A stretch of DNA of 64,000 bases from Octopus sinensis (taxonomy: Eukaryota), in NCBI RefSeq assembly GCF_006345805.1, contig NC_043012.1:25606001-25670000 (forward strand), given 5' to 3'. Below, piece after piece: positions 1 to 13,745 of the stretch. Numbering within the stretch: the stretch's first letter is position 1; each line of letters begins with the position of its first letter. Both the position numbers and the translations under genes were made by a program. The notes below the pieces were generated by a model, which saw nothing but the letters and a program-made list of their open reading frames with translations, was not told where the DNA came from and searched no databases.

Positions 1-254
1 CCTGCTGAGTTCATTGTTAAATGGTCATATATAAAAACTCCTATCAAAAGCTTTCATTATACATCACTGAGATAGTAGGCGGTGAATTATCAAGGAAGGT
101 CACAAACGAGATTATATGTTTTTACATTATTTAATTCAGTACAAGATGTTGGTTGGTTATCTCGTCGTATCGTTAAACGGTGTTGGAAAATTAGGTCTTG
201 CTGTATTTACATCAAGACACACACACAGATACACTTGCAAAACACATATACATG

Positions 255-318
<64 letters not shown>

Positions 319-703
319 CACAGAATTGATTTATATGTTTGTATGTATGTATCTCCGAATGTATGAATGTATGTATGTATATATATCTGTGTGTATGTGA
401 GTATATATGAGTGTGTTTGTGTGTATATGCCCGTGTATGAGAGAGAATGTGGGACGAACTCGTAAATAAATGGATAACTGTATATAGAGATAAATTGATA
501 TATAGCTCGCTAGATAAAAAGATAGCCAGACTGACAGACACATCCATGCACACACACAATCAACCACACACACATACACACACACTCATATATATATATA
601 TATATGTATAGAGAGAGAAAGAGATAAATACAGAGATAAATATATATATATATACACACACATAGATATATATACACACACATAGATATATATATATATA
701 TAT

Positions 704-770
<67 letters not shown>

Positions 771-1089
771 TATAGATAGATAGATAGATAGATAGATAGT
801 CGTTGTCAGCAGCGTGTATTATTCGTGCTATGTATTTACTGTGTTAAGTGTTCCATTTAATCAGAAAAAGAGACAATTAAATCTCGGTTCTTCTAAGTAG
901 AAGCTGATGGGGCATTTTGGATATAAAAAAGTTGTGACAGAAAAACTTTTAAAAACAGATTAGCAGATTAGCTAAAAACAGAAAAACAGATTAGCAAGGC
1001 GGACAGAGCAGGGATTCGAATTCCGATTGCAACAGTGGAAAAGCAGTTTACTGGAATGTCTGACGTCCCTACTAACCGATCATCGTTTG

Positions 1090-1210
1090 GTAAAACATGG
1101 TTCCGCGTTTAGTTTTACAGCTTGGCACCTGGGGCAAATGTCTTCTACTATTGCGTCTGGCCAGCCAAAGCTTTGTGAGTGGTTTTACGAGACGGAAGCT
1201 CAAAGAAGTT
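1090..1210 (+). mobile_element. Degenerate SINE family A 5' half (a second lies at about 1688-1822)
   Basis: ACATGGTTCC...GGCAAATGTCTTCTACTAT...AAAGCTTTGTGAGTGG...GACGGAAGCTCAAAGAAG. Confidence 0.6.
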
Positions 1211-2214
1211 TTTGTAGAATAGGTTTATATACAGTTAATAAATATATATCCTATATATATTCTGTATAAGCCGAATGAGGTTCAAGTGCCTTACTTTCTG
1301 AATCTGGCTAGCCGGTCGTACCTTCGAAATCGCTATGATCCCATATCTTCCAAAAGTGTAATATGTGTGCGTTTCTGCATGTGTGTATGTGTCTATCTGT
1401 TTATGTCTATGTGTTTGTATATGCCTGTGTTTTGTCTGTGTGTATTTCAATTTTTTTTTGTAACGAGTTTGTTATGTGTAACACACACGCACACATATAG
1501 TTAATTCGAGAAAGCCAAGACCTCATTAGGGATTGTATAATCCAAGGTATTCCACTGGTTCAATACGTATCATTTATATATTTTTAGGAAATATTGGAAA
1601 TTATTAATATAGAGAGAAAACACGGAGAAAATTGAGAATAAATGGATGTAATTACTGATTTATTTGCATGATTTAGAAAGAAAAGACGTGTGGTAAGAAG
1701 TTACCTTTAGAAGACTTGGTTTCGAGTTTAGGTCTGGAGCTTCGCACCTTGACAATTGTCTTTTACTATTGGATCGGGACAGACAAAGCTTTGTGAATGA
1801 CTTTAGGAGACAGAAGCTCAATGTGATTTTCACTATATGCAGTTTCAAGTGGGCCTTTGCCACCTATTACAGAACCTATACAAAATCTATAAAACGTGCA
1901 CAATGAAATATGGAGGCAGAGGCACACACCTTCGTTGTGATTTTAGAGCAAGGCATTTCACTTTATTCTCGTCAGCTGAAAAAATAGGGTCTAATGCTAC
2001 AAGTGTGTGTCCATTCTCTTCTTAGGTTTTGAACCTTCCGCAGGATCAGCAATTGTTGTGGTGGAAGGAGTTGCAAAGGAGGTGGTATCGGTGGTACTGG
2101 GGTGGAGGTGGTTGCGGCGGTTGAGCTCTTCTTTATTAGATGTTGATTCATGTAAGATTTCTGCTAATGGCATATTGCACAAATCTCTGATTATGATCAA
2201 GATAAAGACAACGT

Positions 2215-2565
2215 CGATGAAGGACGTTGATGACGATGAGGAATGTGATAGCGATGATGATGATGACAATAATGATGATGATCATGAAGATGACGATGAC
2301 GAATATAATGATGTGGATTATGATGATGATGATGACGACAATAATGATGATGATTACGAGGAAGATGACGACGATGCCAATGATAATAATGACGAGGACG
2401 ATGACGACGATACCAATGATGATGATGACGACGACGATGAGGATGATGGTGATGACAATGGCGACGGTGATGATAATGAGGATAACACAATGATGATGGT
2501 GATAATTATTCTGATGACGACGACGATGATGATGCCGATAATGATGATGATTATGATGATGACGA
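2215..2565. repeat. Degenerate GAT/GAC/AAT triplet tract
   Basis: Cryptic triplet repeat giving poly-Asp, poly-Met and poly-Ile ORFs; the phase slips near 2488. Confidence 0.9.
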
Positions 2566-3015
2566 CTGAATTTGATTTTGCAAAGATTTGAGTAAACTGA
2601 CGCGATAAACATTCGCAAGTAATTTAAGTCAACGAAGCGTAAGAGAATATTGGAAGAATGAAAGACATTGAGTGAAAGAAAGATGCTTCCAGAATATAAA
2701 AGTGACAGGTACCCAGCAGGGTTGCTTGAAGCTCGGTCATTCTTTCGATAACGTTTGTTCCAGGAATATATTTCTGGGTGCAGATCACGCCAACTTCAAC
2801 TTTCTCTCTTATATGTTTCGGAAGGGTCATCAATATAAAGTACCAGTTACGTACCAGGGTTGATAAAATAATGGTTTGAGCATTAACTTAGAAGTACAGA
2901 AACACACATAGAAACGGGTTTACAACAACCACCCCCACACACCGACACAGACAAATAAACACACACGGACATATAACTCATATATATATATATATGTGCG
3001 TGTGTGTGTGTGTGC

Positions 3016-3039
3016 GGAGCAATAACTCTGAAACTAGTC
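3016..3039 (+). other. 3' half of a hammerhead-like motif abutting a (TG)n tract
   Basis: GGAG-CAATAA-CTCT-GAAA-CTAG-TC: helix II, GAAA, palindromic ACUAGU and GUC. The CUGANGA strand is absent and (TG)n lies in its place. Confidence 0.3.
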
Positions 3040-3080
3040 TCTGATTGCAGGCTTTGCTAGGTGGAGGTGCTTATCTCCCC

Positions 3081-3185
3081 TTTGAAAACATAAGGACACA
3101 GAAAATGCGTCATGACCAACAGGAAACAGTGTTTCCTAGGGCTAAATAACAGTAGCATTGTTCCCCTTCATGGGGCTGTCACATT
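3081..3185. mobile_element. Right-arm-only copy of the palindromic MITE
   Basis: ATAAGGACACAGAAAATG...CCTAGGGCTAAATAACAGTAGCATT...GGCTGTCACA aligns to 48675-48776. Confidence 0.7.
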
Positions 3186-3271
3186 AAGTTGGCAACAAAC
3201 CACCACTTTATCGTGCTGCTACTGTATAAATCTTTCTGAAAGATTCAGAAATGTAATATTTCTATTTTATG

Positions 3272-3436
3272 AGCGCATGAGTGGCTGTGTGGTAAGTAGC
3301 TTGCTTACCATCCTCATAGCTCATGGTTCAATCCCACTGCATGACACTTTGGGCAAGTTTCGTCTACTGTTGCCTTGGGCCGACCAACGCCCTGTGAGTG
3401 GATTTGGTAGATGGAATATGAAAGAAGCCCGTCGTA
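3272..3436 (+). mobile_element. SINE family A, 5' half ending at the internal microsatellite
   Basis: GAGTGGCTGTGTGGTAAGTAGCTTGC...AAGAAGCCCGTCGTA, then (TA)n. Confidence 0.85.
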
Positions 3437-3468
<32 letters not shown>

Positions 3469-3501
3469 AGAATGATTTTATACATATAACTATTACTATT
3501 C

Positions 3502-3666
3502 CAGTAATCCGTCTCCACATGACGGTTCACCTATCGCGCACTCAGTACATCGCGGATTTTTCTGGTTAATATTCGTAAATGTATATGGCGTCTTCCTGCG
3601 GCCGATAGGGACTTTTATTTTTTTAGATTTTAATTATTTCTGTGGGAGGTTTTCGAACCTCCCACA
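3502..3666 (+). mobile_element. Tigger/pogo-like terminal sequence with an internal 11-bp hairpin
   Basis: Starts CAGTAATCC...CGGTTCACCTATCGCG...CATCGCGGATTTTT, a pattern typical of Tigger-type termini (from recall). Hairpin TGTGGGAGGTT-TTCG-AACCTCCCACA at 3641-3666. No matching second end was found. Confidence 0.45.
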
Positions 3667-4401
3667 CAACCTCCGCGAGAGTTAAGGGTGTACACAGAGA
3701 ATTCACTTTACAACATCCGCACTTTAGATCGCATTTTATTTCTGCATTGTCATCTTCAACATTCACGGACATACTGACTAGAAAAATTAAATTATTTACA
3801 GCGTGAAGATTCCTATACACTTTTTGATTCCCAAATATATAGTAACCGACATTCAATTGTATTTTCTACAATATTATCATTGTACATAGGAATACAAAAT
3901 GTCTCTGTTTCAATATTCGCGCGCATGTGTATCCATATATGTTTGTATGTGCGTGTGCATAAATATACATACATACATATATATATATGTGTGTGTGTGG
4001 TGTGTGTGTGTGTGTAATACGTGTATGTCTATATATGTATGTGTGTATGTATGTATGTAAGTTGAACCCCCCACAATTGGCTCAGTATACAAGTTCGGAT
4101 TATATGTGAAATATAACACAAAATATGAAAAGGCACGTGACGAATGAAGGCAAAGTAAACAAAATGGTGGAAAAAGTTAGTACAATATAACATGTAGCAA
4201 AATACAAGGATTTAAACATACAAAATCTATCATTCTCACATGAATAGAAATATTAGTTTTCGACAATATTACTGAATCAAAATTGACGATTTAGGAAAAT
4301 ATAAGATGTAATTTTACGTGGAAGGTAAATATATAACAAACGTAAAGATACATACATAAATTGCATCGACATACTACTCAAGTCTCTCTCTCTCCTCTAC
4401 G

Positions 4402-4441
<40 letters not shown>

Positions 4442-4468
4442 ATATATATACATATATATTTATGTATG

Positions 4469-4537
<69 letters not shown>

Positions 4538-5170
4538 TACATACATATAATCGTACATGCATAAGTATATATCTATATATATATATATATATAGTCTGCA
4601 TACATACATACATATATATGCACATATTTATAAATAAATAGATATTTACATTCTATTACCATATTATACTGTATTACATTGTTTATATATATATATATAT
4701 ATATATATATGCAACACAAATCACAGACACACATATGTATATATATATATAAGTGTGTGTGTGTGTGTGTGTTTGAGTGCATGTGGAGGTGTGTGTATAC
4801 ACATAAAAGAGATTAATAGTCGAAAAAGATTTGGAGAGTTTAAGTCGAGGTAAATTTAAAAATGTTATTTATAATAATGGTAATATATCATTGTTACTCG
4901 ATGGCAGCCAGAAAAGGAACTGTAAAAGAAAACGCAAATCAATTATGTATATCGTGTTATATACGCACATTCATACACTCACATATATACTTATATATAT
5001 ACATATAAAATTATAAGCAAGTATAAATGTGTGTTTGCGTTTTACCGTTGTGTAAATGTGTTTGCGTGCTTGTGCATGCGTACGTGGTCCGGTCACATAT
5101 GCATTCATACATAGCTTTATACATACATACATACATTCATACATACATATTATATAATATTACATTATAT

Positions 5171-5215
<45 letters not shown>

Positions 5216-5350
5216 AATACACGCACAAAGATATATGGGAATTGACAATGTGTAGGTTTGACAGAATTTCGCAAAGAAAATAAGCTATTTAAGATCTACG
5301 ATTATCAGAAGGATCCAGCAATGAAAACTGTTAGGTGTAATACTAAAACA

Positions 5351-5424
<74 letters not shown>
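5351..5424. repeat. (AAT)n microsatellite (also about 41860-42010)
   Basis: Direct reading. Confidence 0.98.
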
Positions 5425-5426
<2 letters not shown>

Positions 5427-5960
5427 TGTAATAATAGTGGCACTCATAATATAATGATTATTTTGAGGAGAGAAACTAAAATTTGGTACTGTATTCAGAG
5501 GAATAATAATTATACTTAGAGTAAAAAGAGAAGAAAAATACTGGAAAAGCAAAGAATATCAGTAGCGAAAATATCATAATTAATTAAATATCCATGTCTG
5601 ATTTTACATATGTATATATAAAAGTACAGAGAAATGTATGCATATTTCTGTTTATGAAGTGTCAGAGCGATTCAGCCTATATACGTACATACATACATAC
5701 ATACATACATACATACATGTTTAGAAATACTCACTCCTATCTTTACATATTTACATATCAAAGCATTTATACACACGTTTGTGTTTGTAGTACGCGTTTA
5801 AATATGTATATATATATATATATATATTCCACAATATATATATATATATATTCCACACACATAAACGTGTGCGTATGAGTGTTTATATATGTAGAGATGA
5901 ATATACACGCAGAATAAATTGATAGTTAGAGGGAGGGGGACACAGACAGACAGACAGACA

Positions 5961-6040
5961 GACAGACTTACAGGTGGACGGACTTACATGCGGACAGACT
6001 TACAGGCGGACAGACTTAAAGACGGACAGACTTACAGACA
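5961..6040. repeat. Five copies of a 16-bp unit (GACAGACTTACAGGCG-like) within (GACA)n
   Basis: Units start at 5961, 5977, 5993, 6009 and 6025. Confidence 0.9.
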
Positions 6041-6548
6041 GACAGACAAATAGATAGATAGCTAAACAGATATTGAAATATGTCATCATTTACCATGAGA
6101 CACTAATATATTCTTAAAGCAAAAACAGAGAGCTAGAGAGCAAAGAAGATACAAAACACACAGAGGAGAACGAAACAAATATATTAAATAAAGCAGGAAA
6201 CAAACCGTACACAATTACATTAGAATCAGGTAAATATTAACAATAAAATAAATGCTTGCAAATATGATAGAATATGCAAAATTAAAACTGAGGAGGTTGT
6301 TTAGAATCTTCTGTTAAATGGCACGTCTTCCAAAACTAATTTAAAATGATAAAAGAGAGATGTAAATTTTCGTGGTTAGACGCTTATTTTTGTGAAAAAG
6401 AATCCATGCCTAAATATTTCTCTCAGCGTTTGTATTTCTGTGTGTATTTCCGAAAGATGCCTATAGGGGTGAGAATATGGTTGCGTGCGCCTTTTCTTCT
6501 CGATTATAAGTTGTAATTTCTGCATGTTGGTATATACTTATGTACTTA

Positions 6549-7219
6549 TGTGTGGTCTGATCAATAAATATCCAGGCTGTTGCCATAGTAACGAAGCTAA
6601 AGCACACACAGTGAAGCTGCTTCCCACAGATTGAAGCATGCACTCCGCTGTGCTTGGGCACTAAGTTTTGACGTTCTAGCTCTCCTCCCTTTTTTTACAG
6701 CAGTGATTGGAGGGAAGGTGTGTAGCGTGTGATCGTCGCATTGACCATGACAGAGAAAGTTGAGCAGTGAACCTGCATCAAATTTTACCAAAAGCTTGGT
6801 GCTACCTGCTCATTGTCCTATGCAACGTTTTCAAAAATTGTTCATCATTCTTGACACAATCCAAAACGCGAGTGTCATCTTGATCAGCTGAAAGCAGCTT
6901 TGGCACCAATTCGGCAGACACGCGCCTCACACCCATATCTTCAGTGATAATGCACTGAACTGAACCGTGACTAATCTGCAAACCCTCTGATAACTAACGG
7001 ATAGTGATTCAAGGATTTCCTCTCACAGGTGCACGCACATCTGCTATGCTTTTTGTTATTTTTGATGTCTGCCTCATTGAAACTTCCTCAGGAATACCAT
7101 ATCAAGACAGCAGGCTTGTAAGAACAGAAACAAGCTTATGGCATTTTGAGGTGGATAAATGTAGGACAAATATTCAAAATAATAAAAAAAAGAAAAAAAC
7201 CGTGTTGCTCTAACCATGC
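6549..7219. mobile_element. Decayed mariner (Tc1/mariner) element with inverted internal segment
   Basis: TA plus a TIR-like start (TGTGTGGTCTGATCAATAAATATCCAGG) at about 6549. Plus strand 6747-6812 encodes MTEKVEQ*TCIKFYQKLGATCS (mariner N-terminus). Minus strand about 7080-6820 encodes ADVRAPVRGNP*ITIR*LSEGLQISHGSVQCIITEDMGVRRVSAELVPKLLSADQ...DCVKNDEQFLKTL (second HTH and WVPHEL-type linker). A weak right-TIR remnant lies at about 7204-7219. Confidence 0.85.
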
Positions 7220-8061
7220 AACATTTTATATGATTCTTCAAAAATATACGATTCGCGAAAGTGTTCAAAATTTTTTGCGGTTGTCTAACTGCAAATTTAT
7301 AAAATACTGCATCTTTGGAACTTTCTCAGGAAGAACATGTCCACAAGACTATCGACATTAGACACAGATTACAATGTTGAATATTCTAGTATTCGAGAAT
7401 GTACAATATATCATCTCCATTCTAACATAGTGCGTGTGAATGTATCTGTTATGGGGAGAAGATAGTATTCCTTTGAATGTATTCAATCTTCGACTAGTTA
7501 TTCTGTGCAAATAAAAATCTCACTGTTCCGAGACAGTTTTGCTTTCGATATCTGGAAAATGTGACATCTTACTCCACACACATTTGGAAATCAAAGGATG
7601 CGAGCATTAGAGAAGTAATCAAAAAGAGAATGCCATCAGAGAAAAACAAATCAAAGGAATTGTGTCAGTGTGTCTTTATGTGTGACTGTGTGTGTACTTG
7701 AGAGGAAGAGAGAGAGAGGTGAAAGGGAGGTGGAGTCAAATATATAGAATCAGATTTTAATGCAATATACTAATATCAAAGTGCATCTAATTTGGCTATT
7801 TTGCTACACATCATACACAAACATAATATATATATATATTATATATATATAGGTATATACATATATATAATATATATATATATAATATATAATATATATA
7901 TATAATATATATATATATATCCATATATACATATTCACTCATTTACTCACACACATATATTTGTCTATAAATACACGCCTATCATTTATACGTTAGTATA
8001 AAATTTGTTCCCACACTGACAAGGATGCATAGGTTTCTGCAGAGTAACTGTTCGATGTGTG

Positions 8062-8104
<43 letters not shown>

Positions 8105-8152
8105 TATATAATATATATATTTATATACATATATATATTTATATACATACGT

Positions 8153-8194
<42 letters not shown>

Positions 8195-9026
8195 CATATA
8201 TACGCACATATATATTATATGCATAAAAACGTAATACAACACACACACACAAATCCACACATACTTTCGCAATTTCACGCTTACATATAAATAAAAGCAC
8301 GTACACAAACACAAACAGTAACACACACACGCACACACACACATATATATATATATATATAGATATATATTTATATATATACACCGATATTTCAGCACAC
8401 TTATTCGCAGATATTAACCACCGTAACTGAACGCGCAATCAATGTGCAATATTTCCTAAGTACTTCATCATGTTCAAGGTGTAACTGCAGTAAATTACTT
8501 CTGATAAAAACAAATAACAACTATATGGACGAATAAATATCGTAAGATTACAAGACACAAGCAGAAAACAATATATATATATATATATATAACACAAAAG
8601 ACAAGAAATGGTCAAATGAACTAGATCTCTTCGTGTTTGTTTTTTGTTCTTTTAAATGTTTGCCATTTTCTGGTTACAGATGAATATTATCGTAATATCT
8701 GTTCACTTGTCAGAAGGTATAATGGCCATTAATTTTGTTTGTTGTATTTCTTTTGCTATGATATCATCAATTGGATGTTCGTATTTGCATAGATATCTGA
8801 GTGTGTACGCGTGTGCATGCTTATATGTATGTGTGTGTTTCAATATATATATATAATGAAACAAACATGTATGCATATATATATATATATATATATATAC
8901 ATGGATGTATGTTTATATTTATCTATGTATCTATGTTTATATTTAGTTGCATGCATACATGAACGTATACGCACGTATATCTACATATATATATATATAT
9001 TTATATATATATACATACATATTTGT

Positions 9027-9059
<33 letters not shown>

Positions 9060-9098
9060 GCATATGTATTTACATACCATATATATTTGAGCATATGC

Positions 9099-9134
<36 letters not shown>

Positions 9135-9551
9135 GTGTATATATATATATGTATATATATATATATGCATATGCATTTCCATATATATTTGAGCATATGC
9201 GCATATATATATATATATTTACACCCACACACACACACATATATATATATATATGTCCTACATACACACACACACACACACACGCATATATGCATTAAAA
9301 AATTACCCGCATATCCTGCGAACTATTACAGGTGATTATGCGAATCTTGCAGTGAAATGACATGTGTGATTTCTTTCTTTCTGTCTTCTTTGTTTACTCC
9401 TGTACACTTTAGAAGAGAACAGGCGAGGAACCATTGCGATAAATTACATTATACACACAAAAATTTTGCTCTCCCTCTCTCCTTTTTTCCCTCGCTCCAT
9501 CCCTCCCTCTATGTATGTATGAACACACACAGATATGTATATATATACTAT

Positions 9552-9596
<45 letters not shown>

Positions 9597-10222
9597 TAAT
9601 ATATATATATATTATCTAATATATACACGGATAGAGATATAGGTAGATAGGCAGATAAAGAACGGGGAAGTTGAAGGTGGGTCTTTTATCGTGCTTCTAT
9701 TAAGATTAGCGCTTTCACCTTTTTTTCCCGTTTGATTTCGTTTATTTTGTCATTATATTCAAATCCTTTGCTATCACAATTTCAATTTTTGTCTTTATAT
9801 ATATATACATCCGCTCTCAATTGAATAATTGCCGTGTGTTACATTGACGTTTAAAAATAAGTGGCATTAAACGTCACGTGGTTTCATCAGTACACTGTAT
9901 TACTTTATGTGAACGGGAATTTTTCTATCAACCTCTGTGTATACGATATGCAATCACTTCTCGTTTTGGTCACAAGGTCAGACCCGATTAATATAACTAA
10001 ATTTTTTTTAAAAATTCCTCTTGCAATAGTCATTAACAAAATAAAAAATAATGCACGCTTACACTGGAATTGTAGTCGGAAATTAGGATATCATGTAATT
10101 TTTATGTACTTATACGGTAATACATGAAGGGTTTACTGATCAAAATGCAGGAATCGTGTAGCAAAAGAATTCAGTTACATTCTTTTATGGTTAGTGTTCA
10201 AAAAGTACTGATGACCCCTTTA

Positions 10223-10238
10223 GCTGCTGCTGCTGCTG

Positions 10239-10313
<75 letters not shown>
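10223..10313. repeat. Compound (GCT)6(ACT)n microsatellite
   Basis: Direct reading. Other (ACT/TAG)n tracts lie at about 41561-41610 and 42813-42863. Confidence 0.98.
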
Positions 10314-10489
10314 GTTTTGACATTGAAAGATATCGCAATTGATTCTTTGGTGGTTTTTGTTATAGCTTGATATATTATTAGGCATTAAAATCTGTAAGTG
10401 AAATATACAAGAGAAAGGCGTGGTTGGGAGAGAAGAAGTCCGTTCCCATTATATGGAATCTGCTGGTGGTGGTGGAGGGTGGGGTGTCT

Positions 10490-10671
10490 TTTATTGTAGC
10501 CTCGTGCCGAAATAATGTTTCTGAGAGGATTTGGTAGACGGGAATTCTAAGCAGACTTTGTATGTGTATGCTCAGACACAAACACACACGCGCGAACACA
10601 TACACACACTCAAATATATATATACGTGTATGTGTATATGTACACGTGTTTATGCATATACACACATACAT

Positions 10672-10725
<54 letters not shown>

Positions 10726-10860
10726 CTTACGGCCTTGCTATCTAGCGTTTCGGCAACGGAAACTGGAAGAATATGTACAAGGCTTAAACACATATGTACG
10801 GGCGTAGGTTCGTTTGACGAAATACTCTTCTATCCGCTGTCTAAAAACTAAAACAAGTTT
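10490..10860 (+). mobile_element. Degenerate SINE family A (body and tail)
   Basis: GAGAGGATTTGGTAGACGGG, a microsatellite, TAGCGTTTCGGCAA and AAAACAAG occur in consensus order. Confidence 0.5.
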
Positions 10861-10870
10861 GAAAATATAT

Positions 10871-11677
10871 TGTATGTGAAGATCGAGAAGTTTAATGTAG
10901 GAAGAACATGAAGCAGGACACATATCAACCCTCACCCCCATTGACCTGAAGATCCTGCAGTCCCGAGAAATGACCATCAATGAGTTGGAATGTTCCCCAC
11001 AATTTGTTATGAATCTGTATGCTAAATCGACAAGCTTCGCTTCCATGAAGTCTGTGTGAAATGAGTGCCGAGACAGAAGTTACCGGAGTGCATAAGCGCA
11101 GAGGCGAGGATAGAATTCAACGGTTACTCAACCGTTAGAACTTGGAAGTCAAAGCTTTTTGGAGAGAATAGTTACAGGAGATGAGACCTGTGTATATCAT
11201 TTGAAACCAGAATCCAAAAGGCAGAGTATGCATTGGAAAGGTTGCCTATACTGGATCATTATCTGGAAAAGAGACCTACAGCCTCCAGTGTAGGCTGCAG
11301 TGAAATAATGGCCAATATGAAACCAACGCCGAATTCTACTGTCAAAATGAGTGTTATTGTGGCATGACAATGCACGCTCACATGCAACTGCTCACAAAAC
11401 CCGCAGAGAGTCCAGATCTTGTGTCTTTTGAATATTACCTCTTTTGATCGCTCAAACATCCTTTACGGAATCGGTGATTTGCTACGGATGAAGATACGCA
11501 GGAAGTACTGCATAAACCGTTGCGCGACCAGCTGAAAATTTACGATGGAATAAGCTATCTAGAAGTGCACTCAAAGGAAGACGACTTTCTCCAAAAATGA
11601 TGTAATTGTTCAACCCCTGCTTTTGATTAATAAGTTTCAGGAACAAGAGTACGTACAAATTTTGACGTACCATCGTA
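10871..11677 (+). pseudogene. Mariner DD34D-type transposase relic, 5'-truncated, with right TIR and TA
   Basis: Frameshifted peptides: VYVKIEKFNVGRT, KLRFHEVCVK*VPRQ, FLERIVTGDETCVYHLKPESKRQSMHWK (TGDET at 11174), VLLWHDNARSH (HDN at 11363) and SPDLVSFEYYLF (11409). It ends ...TTTTGACGTACCATCG-TA and is followed by (TATG)n. Confidence 0.9.
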
Positions 11678-13366
11678 TATGTATGTATGTATGTATGTAT
11701 GTATGCATGTATGTATGTATGTATGTATGTATGTATGTATGTATTTATGTATGTATGTATGTATGTATGTATGTATCTATCTATCTATTTACGTACCTAC
11801 GTACCTGTCTGTCTGTCTTTATCTATCTATCTATCATCTATCTATCTATCTGCATACACATATATTCTACCAAACACACATACACATATATGCTAGAACT
11901 CAAATTTTGTCATTAAGTCTTTTTGTTAGTATGTATAAATATATACCCACGCAAATTCAAATCAGCTTTGTAACAATATATATTGTACATCAACGAACCT
12001 GTTTTTCCGTAGTTTATCAAAATTCAAAACATATAGGATTTATTTACAGCAATATTTTTTCATATATTATCGTTCGTTTTTCTTCTCATTCATCTTCATC
12101 TATTTTTCATTGCTATATTATCGAACATCTATAGATTTACTACTTTTCCGTCCTTCCTTTTTTCCTTCCTTCCCTTTTCTTTCTTCCTTTCTTTCTTTCT
12201 TTTCTTTTTGCTCTCCTTTCGTCTAGAGTGTTTTTTGATTTTGTATTTATCTTCTGTATTCCTAAATACCCTCCCTTCAACTGATTTGTAATACAAAAGA
12301 ATTATTTTTTTAATTTTCATCTATTTTCATATATATTATTTTTTTAAAAATATTTTCTCTTCACGGCGCCCATCTCCAACATTTAGAAAGTGTTCAATAA
12401 TAATTTATATTCTCTTGTTTGTTGTTGGTCGGTTAACTTTCACTATCTTTTTGTTGGCTCTTTTCACCATAACTCTTCGTTTTGTTGTTGTTCATTTTTG
12501 ATAGCCATAATGTTATTGCAGGTTAAATTACCAGGATAAACGGTTTTTCATTGCTTTTGCAATTTGCTTTAACAAGAGCTTCCAAATTCTTTTTGTATTA
12601 ATTGTGTGTTTATTACACATCTCTAATGAAACCGTCTTTCAATAATCTATCTCTCTATTTATTCCGCCTACATTTAATCACTCTCTCACTGTCTTTCACT
12701 GCCTCAGTCCTTTGCAAGTAAGCTAAACGGTTTTGAGCAAATAAGAGATAAAATAAAAACCAAAATGACATAAAAAAATCTGTATTCCTCTCTCTGTAAA
12801 CCCTTTTAAATCACTTTCACTCAAACCCTTTATTGCTATACAACATTACTTTTGATCAGAATATAATACGTTTAACCCGAGCTTATAGGTCATTAGATTA
12901 AACTGAAAGACCTATTAGATTACACTGAAATAATGAGTCAAATAAAAGCGATGCAAATATCGAATCTCTTGTTCAATAACGGGATTAAATAACACCCATA
13001 TTTATAGCGAAAATAATTTAAGAGAATGCTTTTGTTCATACTGTTAGTAAGGAAAATATTAAAAAAAAAACTGGCGATGCAGAATATATTTTTACTTATA
13101 ATATATCTATATGCGTATGTACATACGCGTGTGTTTGTGTGTGTGTATCCATGTGTGTGTTTGAGTGAGTATGTATTATCTATGCTTGTATACAAGATAA
13201 TCTTATTGAAATGATGAAGAGTATTATTCAATAAAGTGAATCAATATGGCATTTTTTTTCTAACTATTGCGCACAGTATATTTATTTGAATATCTTCCCT
13301 GCTGTTGTATAGGAATTTTGAGTTCTCAAATCTCTATCATAGGGTCATATCCCATTCATACATGCA

Positions 13367-13686
<320 letters not shown>

Positions 13687-13745
13687 AACTATATGTCAGT
13701 CTACATACATACATATGTTTTATTAATAAAGCTTCAAAGACATCA

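Noticed and set aside
2007-2591. 194-aa Asp-rich ORF resembling molluscan acidic biomineral proteins
   Set aside because: Non-ATG start, the phase slips from Asp to Met codons near 2488, and similar GAT tracts recur elsewhere (23.9, 42.4 and 50.7 kb). It is best explained as a cryptic triplet repeat.
9370-9470. Strong-looking splice acceptor at 9412 (then ENRRGTIAINY...)
   Set aside because: No convincing donor or homology; pyrimidine tracts are common in this DNA.
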